Shown: positions 1-9,719 of the stretch, piece by piece
How the letters are laid out: each line of letters opens with the position of its first letter
How positions within the stretch are numbered: the first letter of the stretch is position 1
Program-made: the position numbers and the translations under genes
From: Flavobacteriales bacterium
Lineage (GTDB): Bacteria > Bacteroidota > Bacteroidia > Flavobacteriales_C > GCA-002722245
Assembly (NCBI GenBank): GCA_947444925.1
Contig: CANFBW010000001.1
Location: 29,823 to 93,822, forward strand
Direction: 5' to 3'
DNA: 64,000 bases
Notes under the pieces: generated by a model
The model's input: only the letters and a program-made list of their open reading frames with translations
Databases searched by the model: none
What the model was told of the DNA's origin: nothing

Positions 1-428
1 TCGATGGCAGTAGTGCTTTGCGATGTGGCATCAGATCCAGCTTCAGGCTCCGACAAGCAGAAGGCGCCAATTTTTTCTCCCTTTGCCAGATCAATCAAGT
101 ATTTTTGTTTTTGCGCTTCGCTGCCGTAGGTTTCCAATCCCCAGCAAACGAGAGAATTGTTGACGCTCATGCACACCGAAACAGAGGCGTCGATTTTTGA
201 AATTTCTTCCATCGCTAAAACGTAGGAGATGGCATCCATTCCGGCGCCGCCGTATTTAGGGTCAACCATCATGCCCATGAATCCAAGTTCTCCGAGTTTT
301 TTAATTTGTTCTTTCGGAAAAGTTTGGTGCTCGTCTCTTTCAATAACGCCTGGTAACAATTCGTTGCGCGCAAAATCTCTGGCGGCTTGTTGAATCATTT
401 TATGTTCTTCAGAAAATTCTATATTCAT
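1..428 (-). CDS. Acyl-CoA dehydrogenase, N-terminal part (gene continues beyond the window start)
   Basis: The reverse-strand translation starting at the ATG at 428..426 reads MNIEFSEEHKMIQQAARDFARNELLPGVIERDEHQTFPKEQIKKLGELGFMGMMVDPKYGGAGMD...GAFCLSEPEAGSDA. This matches the typical ACAD N-terminal and middle domain. It is not in the ORF track because it runs off the window edge. Confidence 0.7.
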   Translation of the reverse strand, partial: MNIEFSEEHKMIQQAARDFARNELLPGVIERDEHQTFPKEQIKKLGELGFMGMMVDPKYGGAGMDAISYVLAMEEISKIDASVSVCMSVNNSLVCWGLETYGSEAQKQKYLIDLAKGEKIGAFCLSEPEAGSDATSQSTTAI

Positions 429-458
429 AAAGTAAATTTAAATCATTAATTTTTCACG

Positions 459-1520
459 GTGAAAAAATACAAGGTTATCGGTTTAATGTCGGGCACTTCC
501 TTAGATGGATTGGATATAGCCTATTGTGAATTTACACAAAAAGATGGTGTTTGGACTTTTATTTCAGGTCCTGGTGTCACCATTTCTTACGACCTTTCCC
601 TCAAAGAACAACTGCAAAACGCTCGCTCTTATACCGGCTATGAACTAAGCAAGTTACATGTTGATTACGGAATTTGGATGGGCGAGAAAGTAAAATTATT
701 TATTGCGCAGCACGGCTTAGAGGTTGATTTCATTTCGTCGCACGGCCATACTGTTTTTCACCAGCCTGAAATTGGCTTGACTTTGCAGATTGGCGACTTG
801 AATCATCTTGCTGCAATCACGCAAAAAACAGCGATAGGTGATTTTCGAACCTTGGATGTTGCCCTCGGTGGACAAGGCGCACCATTGGTTCCGATTGGTG
901 ACCAATTGTTGTTTGCGCAATATGACAACTGTTTAAATTTGGGTGGTATTGCCAATATTTCCTACCAAGAGCAGAGGAGAATGGCCTTTGATGTTTGTCC
1001 GGTGAACATTGTATTAAATGTTTTAGCCGAACATTTTGGAAAACCATACGATGACGGTGGAAAAATTTCAGCGGAAGGAAAAGTGGATGTTGATCTTTTG
1101 AATCGCTTATCTGTCGTTGAATTCAATAAACTTCCTGCTCCGAAATCATTAGGAATTGAATACATAGAAAAAAACTATTTCCCGATTTTAAAAGCATCGG
1201 CATTAAGTGTAAATGACCAAATGCGCACTTTTGTGGAATACATTGCTCAAAGTATTGTTGCCAACATAAAACCAGGTTCTTTGCTGGTTACAGGAGGTGG
1301 AGCGAAAAATTCCTTTTTAGTAGAAAGAATAAAATTCAATTTCAAAAACGGAGAAGTGGTGGTGCCTGAAGCGGCGGTGATTGATTTTAAAGAAGCAATA
1401 ATTTTTGCCTTCCTGGGCGTACTGAGATATTTGAATTTACCGAATTGCTTGGCGAGTGTGACAGGAGCCAAGTATGATTGTAGTGGAGGGGTGATTGTGG
1501 TTCCTGGCGCGCGTTTGTAA
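459..1520 (+). CDS. anmK: Anhydro-N-acetylmuramic acid kinase
   Basis: GTG start. The N-terminus GLMSGTSLDGLDIAYCEF matches the AnmK signature GxMSGTSxDGxD. The 353-aa length is typical. Confidence 0.85.
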   Translation: MKKYKVIGLMSGTSLDGLDIAYCEFTQKDGVWTFISGPGVTISYDLSLKEQLQNARSYTGYELSKLHVDYGIWMGEKVKLFIAQHGLEVDFISSHGHTVFHQPEIGLTLQIGDLNHLAAITQKTAIGDFRTLDVALGGQGAPLVPIGDQLLFAQYDNCLNLGGIANISYQEQRRMAFDVCPVNIVLNVLAEHFGKPYDDGGKISAEGKVDVDLLNRLSVVEFNKLPAPKSLGIEYIEKNYFPILKASALSVNDQMRTFVEYIAQSIVANIKPGSLLVTGGGAKNSFLVERIKFNFKNGEVVVPEAAVIDFKEAIIFAFLGVLRYLNLPNCLASVTGAKYDCSGGVIVVPGARL

Positions 1521-1590
1521 CGCGTGCCTACTTATCTTGGCATTTCAAATGCCTTTATAAATCCGCACGCGTCTGGAGACGCGCGCGATG
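1509..1590. terminator. Cluster of GC-rich hairpins in the convergent anmK/purQ spacer; likely bidirectional terminators
   Basis: Three stem-loops are visible. cgcgtt-tgt-aacgcg overlaps the anmK stop codon. ggcattt-c-aaatgcc is followed by a T-rich tract. cgcgtct-gga-agacgcg at about 1568-1584 is the third. Confidence 0.3.
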
Positions 1591-1607
1591 TATGTGATTA
1601 TAGATCC

Positions 1608-2306
1608 TTAAATTTTCGCCATCACCCCTTCGATCAACGACTCAAAAATCAATCGTCCATCAATGTTTGAAAGCTGATCGTCTGCAGCTCTTTCGGGATG
1701 CGGCATCATGCCGAATACATTTTTGCCTTTGTTGCAAACACCCGCAATATTGTCTAAAGCGCCATTTGGATTTGCGGCATCGTTAATGTTTCCATCTTTG
1801 TCGCTGTAACGAAAAATGACCTGATCGTTTTCGTTCAATTGCCACAAAGTTTCTTTGTCGGCATAGTACCTTCCTTCCTGATGAGCGATTGGAATTTTAT
1901 AGGCTTTGTTTTTTTGCAATGAAGTACAAATCGCGGCATCAGCGCTTTGAGGCGTTACAAATACATTTTTGCAAATGAATTTTTGAGAATTGTTTTGCAA
2001 GAGTGCGCCAGGCAATAAACCCGACTCGCATAAAATTTGAAAACCATTGCAAACACCCAATACATATCCACCTTTGTTGGCGTGTTTGATTACTTCTTCC
2101 ATGATAGGTGAAAAGCGCGCAATGGCGCCTGAACGTAAATAATCTCCGTAAGAGAATCCGCCGGGAAGCACAACGAAATCACAGCCTTTAAGGTCGCTGT
2201 CTTTGTGCCAAAGTGACTCCACTTCTTGACCCAAAATATCTTTTAAAACATATATCATGTCTTGATCGCAGTTGGATCCCGGGAAAGTAATTACGCCAAA
2301 TTTCAT
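1608..2306 (-). CDS. purQ: Phosphoribosylformylglycinamidine synthase I (glutaminase subunit)
   Basis: MKFGVITFPGSNCDQDMIYVLKDILGQEVESLWHKD... is near-identical in pattern to the PurQ N-terminus. GVCNGFQIL is the class-I glutamine amidotransferase Cys motif. The MMPHPER motif is also present. Confidence 0.9.
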   Translation of the reverse strand: MKFGVITFPGSNCDQDMIYVLKDILGQEVESLWHKDSDLKGCDFVVLPGGFSYGDYLRSGAIARFSPIMEEVIKHANKGGYVLGVCNGFQILCESGLLPGALLQNNSQKFICKNVFVTPQSADAAICTSLQKNKAYKIPIAHQEGRYYADKETLWQLNENDQVIFRYSDKDGNINDAANPNGALDNIAGVCNKGKNVFGMMPHPERAADDQLSNIDGRLIFESLIEGVMAKI

Positions 2307-2479
2307 TTGTCTCTAATTTTATTTGTTGCTCAGTCAAAGTGTGCAGCTTTTTAATATTCCATGTTAGGAATGATGCATAAGTCACTGCGCTTTATTTTAT
2401 ATCGCAAACTTAAGGTAAAAAGTTAAAAGCGGAAAGGCAATTACTTCCTTTTTATCATTGTTTCTTTTACCTTTCACCA

Positions 2480-3793
2480 ATGATTCTCATTTACACGCCT
2501 AAAATCACAAGCAGAGCAAAGTATGCCTTTAATTTGGTGTTCAGAGATATTTACGCCGTAAAGTTTGAAATCACTACTGATAGAGATCGTTTTTTGAATT
2601 ATGAAGGACCTAAAATAACTTACAGCAATCAGCCTTTTGCTGACGAGGTGTTTGTTCAGTCGAAAGGACTTTTATTTGAAACGGGTATTTTAGACCAAGA
2701 TATTTCAGTTTTCAATTGGAAAGATACCAAGGCTTTTTTCTCAGTGGGCCCAAAGTCGGCACTGCCTTTTGATATTTTTTCGGCAGCCTTCTTTTTGGCC
2801 AGCCGCTACGAAGAGTATTTGCCGCATATTAGGGATGTGTACGATCGTTTTGATGCGCCCGCAAGTTTGGCGCACAGCTATAATTTTTTGCATCAACCGG
2901 TGGTCAATAAGTGGGCCTTGCATTTCAAGGCTGTGCTGCTGCAAAAATATCCCGATTTGATTTTTCCTGTTCAGAAATATAGGTTCATCTCGTCCATTGA
3001 TATCGACAATGCCTATGCTTACTTGGAAAAGGGCTTTGTGCGCACGATTGGTGGCTTTTTAAAGTCGCTTGCAAAACTTGATATTAAAGGATTCAAAGAA
3101 CGTTTGGCTGTGTTGAGTGGTTCGCAAAAAGATCCATATGATACCTACGACTTTCAACTTGACTTGCAAAAAAAGCACAATTTGGAATACCTCTACTTTT
3201 TTTTGTTGGGTGACTATGGCGTGAACGACAAAAATATTTCGGTGGAAAGCAGAAAATTTAGGTCACTCATCAAATCACTCGCCGATTATGCGCAAGTAGG
3301 TATTCATCCTTCGTTTGGTAGCAATGGCAAGCCTGCACTGCTGGCGAAAGAAGTGTCGCGACTCAATGGTGTCATCAATAGAGAGGTATTTAAGAGTCGA
3401 CAACATTTTTTGAAAATCACGTTGCCTGATACCTACCGTAACTTGATTGAACTTGATATTCAAGAAGATTACACAATGGGTTATGCCTCAGATTATGGTT
3501 TTAGAGCTGGCTTGTGTACTCCTTTTTTCTTTTATGATTTAGATTTGGAAGTGGAGACGGCGCTGAAGATTTTTCCATTTGCCATTATGGAAGGCACCTT
3601 GAAATACTACCAAAAAATATCACCCGAAAGGGCGATGGACCACTACCGAGCCATTATTGATGAGGTGAAGGCTGTGAATGGTATTTTTATTTCATTATGG
3701 CACAACGATTCTATGAACGATCGTGAATTGTGGAAAGGATGGCGTAAAGTGTATATTGATATGGTGGAATACGCAAAGCCTGATGGACATTAA
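2480..3793 (+). CDS. Conserved hypothetical protein, possibly polysaccharide-deacetylase-like
   Basis: Intact 437-aa ORF with no recognisable catalytic motif by eye. I recall similar proteins annotated as polysaccharide deacetylase family in Bacteroidetes. The function call is weak. Confidence 0.45.
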   Translation: MILIYTPKITSRAKYAFNLVFRDIYAVKFEITTDRDRFLNYEGPKITYSNQPFADEVFVQSKGLLFETGILDQDISVFNWKDTKAFFSVGPKSALPFDIFSAAFFLASRYEEYLPHIRDVYDRFDAPASLAHSYNFLHQPVVNKWALHFKAVLLQKYPDLIFPVQKYRFISSIDIDNAYAYLEKGFVRTIGGFLKSLAKLDIKGFKERLAVLSGSQKDPYDTYDFQLDLQKKHNLEYLYFFLLGDYGVNDKNISVESRKFRSLIKSLADYAQVGIHPSFGSNGKPALLAKEVSRLNGVINREVFKSRQHFLKITLPDTYRNLIELDIQEDYTMGYASDYGFRAGLCTPFFFYDLDLEVETALKIFPFAIMEGTLKYYQKISPERAMDHYRAIIDEVKAVNGIFISLWHNDSMNDRELWKGWRKVYIDMVEYAKPDGH

Positions 3794-4694
3794 GTATTTT
3801 GAACATAAAAATATTGACTTTCAGAAATGGGATACTTGTGTTCGCCAGAGTATTCAGCAGTTGCCATATGCTTTTTCTTGGTATTTGGATGAGTTGTGCG
3901 AAAACTGGGACGGCATAGTGGTTGGCGATTACGATGCTATTTTTCCTTTGCCGTGGAATAAAAAATTCGCTATTAAATATGTTTATCCGCCGTTTTTTAT
4001 ACAGCAATTGGGCTTGTATTCAAAAACGCAAACAGATGAAAATATTTTGTTTGAAGTTTGGAAAATCGCAAATTCAAAATTTAAGTTTTTAGAGTATTAT
4101 CTAAATTCCTTTGATGGATTGAAAGCTCCGGGATTGACTGCAGAGCGCGTGAATTTCGAGTTGAATTTGTCGTCTTCCCATGACGACATAAAAAAAGGAT
4201 ATTCGGAAAATTGTCGCCGAAATATTAAGAAGGCAGTTCAACTTGGATTGACTGTTGAGGAAGTGCCAAAGGCTTTGGAAGTGATTAATTTGTTTCAGCA
4301 GGAAAAAGGGAAAAGCATCAAAACGCTTTCTAAAAAAGATTACCTCCGCTTTGAAGGATTGATGGATGTGTGCGATTACAAAGGGATATTAAGAGTGAAG
4401 CATGTTTTGCTGGCAGGTAAAGTTTGTGCCGGCGCATGTTTTTTAAAAACAGAAGGGAAAATAGTCTTTCTTTTTTCGGGAAACAATGAGCTGGCGAGAA
4501 ATTCGGGCGCTATGGCTTTTTTAATCGACAGTGTTGTTCATGAATACAGCGGACAAAATATCACCTTTGATTTTGAAGGGTCAAACGATGATAATATTGG
4601 AAGATTTTACCAAAGTTTTGGTGCGTTGAATCATCCCTATTTGTTTGTGAAGGTGAATAAATTGGGCTTTCCGCTGAAGTTGTTGAAGAAATAA
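3783..4694 (+). CDS. FemAB-like / GNAT-fold acyltransferase family protein (Acetyltransf_6-like)
   Basis: The ORF track starts at 3723, but the first plausible start is MDIKYFEHK at 3783, giving an 11-bp overlap with the upstream gene. Roughly 300 aa with a two-lobed GNAT-like pattern. The function call is weak. Confidence 0.45.
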   Translation: MDIKYFEHKNIDFQKWDTCVRQSIQQLPYAFSWYLDELCENWDGIVVGDYDAIFPLPWNKKFAIKYVYPPFFIQQLGLYSKTQTDENILFEVWKIANSKFKFLEYYLNSFDGLKAPGLTAERVNFELNLSSSHDDIKKGYSENCRRNIKKAVQLGLTVEEVPKALEVINLFQQEKGKSIKTLSKKDYLRFEGLMDVCDYKGILRVKHVLLAGKVCAGACFLKTEGKIVFLFSGNNELARNSGAMAFLIDSVVHEYSGQNITFDFEGSNDDNIGRFYQSFGALNHPYLFVKVNKLGFPLKLLKK

Positions 4695-4724
4695 TTTGAG
4701 CTTATTTATAGTCTGTTCGTGAGT

Positions 4725-4754
4725 GCGAGAATTTTTGTGCCCAAAAATTCTCGC
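4725..4754. terminator. Perfect 12-bp inverted repeat (gcgagaattttt-gtgccc-aaaaattctcgc) between convergent genes
   Basis: Seen directly in the sequence between the GNAT-like gene stop (4694) and the dNK stop (4782). Confidence 0.4.
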
Positions 4755-4781
4755 AATGACCTGTAGTCTGAAAAAATAGGA

Positions 4782-5396
4782 TTAGAATAATCCGTTAATC
4801 TCTGCGTCAATTTTAGTGATGATCTTTCCTAAATCTTCTTTGTTTTCAGGGAAGTTGTTGTGGTCAACATCGATTATTAATAGTTTACCGGCAGCATAGG
4901 TTGATATCCATGCCTCGTAACGTTCGTTCAATCTTGTAAGGTAATCCAAACGGATGGCGGCTTCGTATTCACGACCTCTTTTTTGAATTTGATTCACCAA
5001 TGTTGGAACACTTGCGCGCAGATAAATCAAAAGATCTGGCGCTTGAATCAAGCTATTGCAAAGGTTGAATAAATTGGAGTAGGTAGTGAAATCGCGTTTG
5101 ATCATCAAGTTCATTGCGTGCAAGTTGGGCGCAAAGATATAGGCGTCTTCGTAGATGGTTCTGTCTTGAATAACACTCTTGCCTGTTGTTCTTATTTCTT
5201 GAATTTTACTGAAGCGAGAGTTCAAAAAGTAAATTTGCAGGTTGAATGACCAGCGTTGCATGTCTTCGTAAAAGTCATTCATATAAGGGTTGTCATCGGC
5301 ATCTTCAAAATGTGCTTCCCATCCGTAATGCTTAGATAGCATTGAAGTAAGTGTTGTTTTTCCCGATCCTATATTTCCAGCAACAGCTACATGCAT
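4782..5396 (-). CDS. Deoxynucleoside kinase (dNK/dCK/dGK family)
   Basis: P-loop VAGNIGSGKTTL at the N-terminus and a DRxxYED-like motif (RTIYEDAYIF). The 204-aa length fits. Confidence 0.85.
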   Translation of the reverse strand: MHVAVAGNIGSGKTTLTSMLSKHYGWEAHFEDADDNPYMNDFYEDMQRWSFNLQIYFLNSRFSKIQEIRTTGKSVIQDRTIYEDAYIFAPNLHAMNLMIKRDFTTYSNLFNLCNSLIQAPDLLIYLRASVPTLVNQIQKRGREYEAAIRLDYLTRLNERYEAWISTYAAGKLLIIDVDHNNFPENKEDLGKIITKIDAEINGLF

Positions 5397-5430
5397 ATGA
5401 TAATTTTTTGGAGTTAACCTTCGCGCTAAA

Positions 5431-6300
5431 TTAAGGGTTTAATTTATAAATATGAAGGCTATCTGCATTAAGTATAAATAGTTTTTTTTCGCTGATGCTA
5501 AAGTCAGTCATAGTGCTGTTGGAATATATTTTTGAAAGCTCTAAGGTTTCAGTATTGAGGAAGAAGATTTCGTTGTTTCGAAGGAAAGACAGAATGCCAT
5601 CCAATACGTTGAATTTGCTGATGTTTGGCTCAGGTATTTTGCGCAGAAAAGCACCGTAATTGTCGAAAACAAATATCCCTTTAGTGGGGTCGTTGAGGTA
5701 AAGCCCATTGTTGCGCTCTATCATTTGCGTAGGATTGAAATTTTCGCCGATGATGCGTTGGATGTTTAAAATTTCAATATCAATGTTCAGCGTGGCACTT
5801 ATTTTAACGAGTTTGTCTTGTTTGATGTCGTATACCCAAATTCCGTTGTTCAAGGCTTTGCAAGCAGTTTCGGCTTGATCGAGTCCGAAGTCCATTAGTG
5901 AAATGCTGCTTTCTTCGGCCATGAAATTGTCGAGAAAAGTGATGAGTGAAAGGTCTTTGTAAAATACAAGCACGCGCATGGGGTCGCCTGCATCAATAGA
6001 CGTGATGGTGCCTGATCGTTTTAAGCTGTATACAAATTTAGCGCTGTTTTGTGAACTGGTTTTGCAAATTGAATTTTGGCTTGCTACATAGTAATTTTCG
6101 ATGGCATCGGTGTACAGTTGAGTGCCATTCACTTTTATTGCTTTGAGCAGCATAAGTGCTTTAGTGTGCATGGTGTCAGTAGTAAACAACGAATCGCTAT
6201 TTTGTTTTTTTTGTGGCGTTGTGCTTTTCGATAGCGCGCTAAAACCACAGCTCATCACTAATGCGAGCGCAGTAAAAAACAAAATTATTTTTGTTTTCAT
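5431..6300 (-). CDS. Hypothetical lipoprotein
   Basis: The ORF track extends to 6399, but the likely start is MKTKIILFFTALALVMSCGF, a signal peptide plus lipobox Cys. Its ATG at 6300..6298 overlaps the stop of the upstream GH3 gene (an ATGA overlap). Confidence 0.5.
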   Translation of the reverse strand: MKTKIILFFTALALVMSCGFSALSKSTTPQKKQNSDSLFTTDTMHTKALMLLKAIKVNGTQLYTDAIENYYVASQNSICKTSSQNSAKFVYSLKRSGTITSIDAGDPMRVLVFYKDLSLITFLDNFMAEESSISLMDFGLDQAETACKALNNGIWVYDIKQDKLVKISATLNIDIEILNIQRIIGENFNPTQMIERNNGLYLNDPTKGIFVFDNYGAFLRKIPEPNISKFNVLDGILSFLRNNEIFFLNTETLELSKIYSNSTMTDFSISEKKLFILNADSLHIYKLNP

Positions 6301-7811
6301 TGCTGTATGAATTTTTTTATTTCTTCCACAAATACTCTGTCGTTCGACAAGCGTGGAATTTTGTTTTGACCACCCAATTTGTCTTTGCTCTTGAACCATT
6401 TGTAAAATGTGCCACGCGGCACTACGCGTACTTCGGGGGGATGTAAAACCATGTTCTTGTAGCGCTTGGCTTCATAGTCGGAATTCAATGTTTTTAGCGC
6501 ACTGTCAAGACTTTCAGAGAAGTAGGTGATGTCAATAGGGTCTTCTTCAAATTCGATAACCCATTCGTGGGCGCCGCAGCCTGTCTCGTTTAAAAAAATG
6601 GGAGCAGCGGTGTAGTCATTGATTTTTACTTTTAATTTTTCACACACGATTTGAATTGCTTTTTCAACGTTGTCAATCATGAGTTCTTCTCCAAAAGCAT
6701 TGATGCAGTATTTGGTGCGCCCCAAAATAATGAAACGGTAAGGATGTGTTGCCGTGAATTTAATGGTATCACCAAGTTTGTAGCGCCAAAGTCCTGCATT
6801 GGTTGAAATGACCATGGCGTAAGCTTTGTTGACTTCTACTTCCTGCAAGGGCAATGCTTTTGGTTGTTCTTTGTCGATTTCATTGATGGGGATGAATTCG
6901 TAAAAAATGCCGTTGTCAATGAGCAGTAAAAGGTCGCGTACTTTATTGTCTATTTGCACACCGAAATACCCTTCAGAAGCGTTGAAAGTTTCGCTGTATT
7001 TCATTTTTCCCGATGGAAAAAGTTTGTTGTATTGTTCGATGTAGGGATCAAACTTTACGCCGCCGTGCATAAACATTTCAATGTTTGGCCACACTTCTTC
7101 TATGTTGGCTTTGCCTGTTTTTTCGAGCACTCGTTTTAGAAAAACCAAGGTCCACGATGGAACTCCCGACAGGGTGGTGATGTTTTCTTTAATGGCGATA
7201 TCGGTCATTTTCTCCAACTTCTCTTCCCAGTTGCCAAGTAGGGCAGTTTTTTTATCAGGACTCCTGCGCGCATTGATCCAGAACGGAAGGTTGTCGATGA
7301 TGATTGCCGAAAGATCACCAACGTAGCTTTTGTCGTTTAGAATGTTGATTTCGTGGCTTCCGCCCATGAAAAGGCATTTGCCTTCAAATATTTTGGCTTT
7401 TTTAAATTCATTGCAATAAATAGAAAGCATGTCTTTGCCGCTTTTATAGTGGCAGTCGTGCAGCGATTCTTTGCTAACTGGAATGAATTTACTTTTGTCA
7501 TTGGTGGTACCCGACGATTTCGCGAACCATTTTACTTCACCCGGCCAAAGTATGTTTTCTTCGCCTTGCAAAGCTTTGTTAATGTAAGGAAAAAGATCTT
7601 CATAGTTGTGCAGCGGAATGCTGGCGCGGAATTGCTCGTAAGTGTATATGTTTTTGAACTCATACTGTTTGCCGAATACCGTGTTTTTGGCATTGTCAAC
7701 AAGGTTGAGCAAACATTGCTTTTGCACGGTGTGGGCGTGCGTCATCCAGTACTCTATTTTTGGATAGCGTTTTTTGAGTTGCCAAGTTATGATGCTCTTG
7801 CTTAATGACAT
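6297..7811 (-). CDS. GH3 auxin-responsive-promoter family protein (acyl-acid amido synthetase-like adenylating enzyme)
   Basis: 504 aa. FAKSSGTTNDKSKFIPVS is the adenylate-forming SSGTT motif. The overall GH3-family layout is common in Bacteroidetes. Confidence 0.8.
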   Translation of the reverse strand: MSLSKSIITWQLKKRYPKIEYWMTHAHTVQKQCLLNLVDNAKNTVFGKQYEFKNIYTYEQFRASIPLHNYEDLFPYINKALQGEENILWPGEVKWFAKSSGTTNDKSKFIPVSKESLHDCHYKSGKDMLSIYCNEFKKAKIFEGKCLFMGGSHEINILNDKSYVGDLSAIIIDNLPFWINARRSPDKKTALLGNWEEKLEKMTDIAIKENITTLSGVPSWTLVFLKRVLEKTGKANIEEVWPNIEMFMHGGVKFDPYIEQYNKLFPSGKMKYSETFNASEGYFGVQIDNKVRDLLLLIDNGIFYEFIPINEIDKEQPKALPLQEVEVNKAYAMVISTNAGLWRYKLGDTIKFTATHPYRFIILGRTKYCINAFGEELMIDNVEKAIQIVCEKLKVKINDYTAAPIFLNETGCGAHEWVIEFEEDPIDITYFSESLDSALKTLNSDYEAKRYKNMVLHPPEVRVVPRGTFYKWFKSKDKLGGQNKIPRLSNDRVFVEEIKKFIQQ

Positions 7812-7842
7812 TTTGCGTAGGCGATGGCCAAAGGTACTATTA

Positions 7843-9651
7843 TTATTCTATGATGATTTCACCAGGCAGTCGTGTTTGCAGGCCTTTCATGCTTTGCATT
7901 TGACGCAGCAGATTCATAATGGCAGAGTAGTGGCCCTTCAGCTCAGCGCTTTCGGCAATTGTGTTTTGAATTTCCAAAGAAGAAAAATCTTTGATTACGT
8001 CGCTGAAGTTGAATTCTTGATGTGGAAATGATTTGAGTTCGTAATTGCTCAGGTGGGCTTTTTGCGCTGCGATGGCAATGGCGTCATTGAGTCCGCCTAA
8101 TACATCAACCAGTCCGATTCTTTTAGCATCTGTTCCCGACCATACTCGGCCTCTGCCTAAACTGTCGGCCATTTCAACACTGAATTTTCTGCCAGTAGCT
8201 ACTCTTTGTTTGAAAACACCATACACTACTTCAATTTCTTTTTGAATAATTTCTTTTTCCTTGGCATTGAGCGGGCGATCGAAGGCTGGGAAATCAGAGT
8301 GTTTGTTTGTGTTAACAGCGTCGAAGCTAACGCCAATTTTATCTTGCAATAGCTCGCGCAAGTTGAACATCATTCCGAATACGCCAATGGATCCGGTGAT
8401 GGTGGTTGCTTGCGCAACAATTGCATCGGCTTTGCAAGCGATGTAGTAACCACCTGATGCCGCAACATTGCCCATGGATACCACTACTGGTTTTGTTTTT
8501 TTTGTCAGTTCAACTTCACGCAAAATGTTTTCAGATGCTAAGGCGCTTCCTCCGGGAGAATTGATGCGCAGTACCAATGCTTTGACGTTGGTGTTTTCTC
8601 TTATTTTTTTTAATTCGGCCATAAATGAAACATCGCCAATTTGATCCTTCGCGCCTTTGCCATCAACGATTTCTCCTTCAGCATAGAGTATGGCGATGGT
8701 GTTTTTTGGATTTTCAGTTTCTTCTACATCAATAGGAGTTTTGCTTTTAAGATAGTCGGAGAAGGCGACAAGAGCTTGTGTTTTGTTGGACACAGCGCCG
8801 ATTCTTGTTTCAATTTGATCTCGGTAATATACACCGTCAACAAGTTTGTTTTGCACTGCTTGCGCGGCATTAAGCACAATTAAACTGTCGGCTATGTCAT
8901 TGAGTTCGCTGCTGCTGCGTTTTCTGCTCAATGAAATATCTTTGCGCAGCACTTGCCATATCGATGACACAAGGGCTGTTGACTGCTCCTCGCTTGCAAT
9001 GCTCATAGAATCGAGTTCAAATGGTTCTATAGCGCTTTTGTATTTTCCTTGGCGAAAAATTTCGGGTTGAATACCGAGTTTGTTGAGTAGTTTTTTGAAA
9101 AACAAATACTTCATCGAAAGGCCTTTGAATTCGACCTGTCCCTGTGGATTCAGCCAAATTGAGTCGGCACAAGTAGCGAGATAGTATTCACTTTGTGAAT
9201 AGGCAGAACTGTAGCTGTATATTTTTTTTCCGCTTTTTTTGAAGTGTAGCATTTCGCTGCGCAGTTCTTCGATGTTCGCCATACCGGTTGATAAACCAGA
9301 AAAATCAAGTAGCACCCCTTTTATCAGTGGATCATTTTTGGCAAAGTTCAGGCCCTCTTTTATTTCTTCCAATGATGGACTCTGCGCATCTTCGTTGTTT
9401 ACGAGTACTTCTAGTGGGTTGTGGTCTTTTCTATCGGCGATATCTCCTTGCAAGTGCAGTTTTAAGAAAGTGGGGTGGTCAATTTTGGTTTGGTCTTTTG
9501 TGTTGTTAAGATCCAGTGAAGAGTATGCGATACCAGCAATTACTACTAATATAACAACGAAGAGGATAGTATACACGATTTTACCGACAAGGTAAGCGGC
9601 GAGGTTTGCCCAAAAAGAAGTTTTGAAACTCATATTTTTAATTTGTGTCAA
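7843..9651 (-). CDS. sppA: Signal peptide peptidase SppA, 67K type (protease IV)
   Basis: 602 aa with an N-terminal TM helix and two ClpP/crotonase-like halves. One half carries the catalytic-Ser-region motif SMGNVAASGGYYIA. Confidence 0.85.
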   Translation of the reverse strand: MTQIKNMSFKTSFWANLAAYLVGKIVYTILFVVILVVIAGIAYSSLDLNNTKDQTKIDHPTFLKLHLQGDIADRKDHNPLEVLVNNEDAQSPSLEEIKEGLNFAKNDPLIKGVLLDFSGLSTGMANIEELRSEMLHFKKSGKKIYSYSSAYSQSEYYLATCADSIWLNPQGQVEFKGLSMKYLFFKKLLNKLGIQPEIFRQGKYKSAIEPFELDSMSIASEEQSTALVSSIWQVLRKDISLSRKRSSSELNDIADSLIVLNAAQAVQNKLVDGVYYRDQIETRIGAVSNKTQALVAFSDYLKSKTPIDVEETENPKNTIAILYAEGEIVDGKGAKDQIGDVSFMAELKKIRENTNVKALVLRINSPGGSALASENILREVELTKKTKPVVVSMGNVAASGGYYIACKADAIVAQATTITGSIGVFGMMFNLRELLQDKIGVSFDAVNTNKHSDFPAFDRPLNAKEKEIIQKEIEVVYGVFKQRVATGRKFSVEMADSLGRGRVWSGTDAKRIGLVDVLGGLNDAIAIAAQKAHLSNYELKSFPHQEFNFSDVIKDFSSLEIQNTIAESAELKGHYSAIMNLLRQMQSMKGLQTRLPGEIIIE

Positions 9652-9719
9652 AAATATCTCTTTTTTTGTCTTTACAGCATACTCTTATATGAATACTGCT
9701 TATTACTTTAGCCGCAGTT

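Noticed and set aside
3723-3782. The upstream extension of the FemAB/GNAT-like ORF (MNCGKDGVKCILIWWNTQSL).
   Set aside because: It would overlap the previous gene by 70 bp. A Met at 3783 gives a conventional 11-bp overlap and a sensible N-terminus.
7353-8031. Antisense ORFs of 150 and 85 aa opposite the GH3 and sppA genes.
   Set aside because: They are Phe/Val-rich shadows of AT-rich sense codons and have no independent support.
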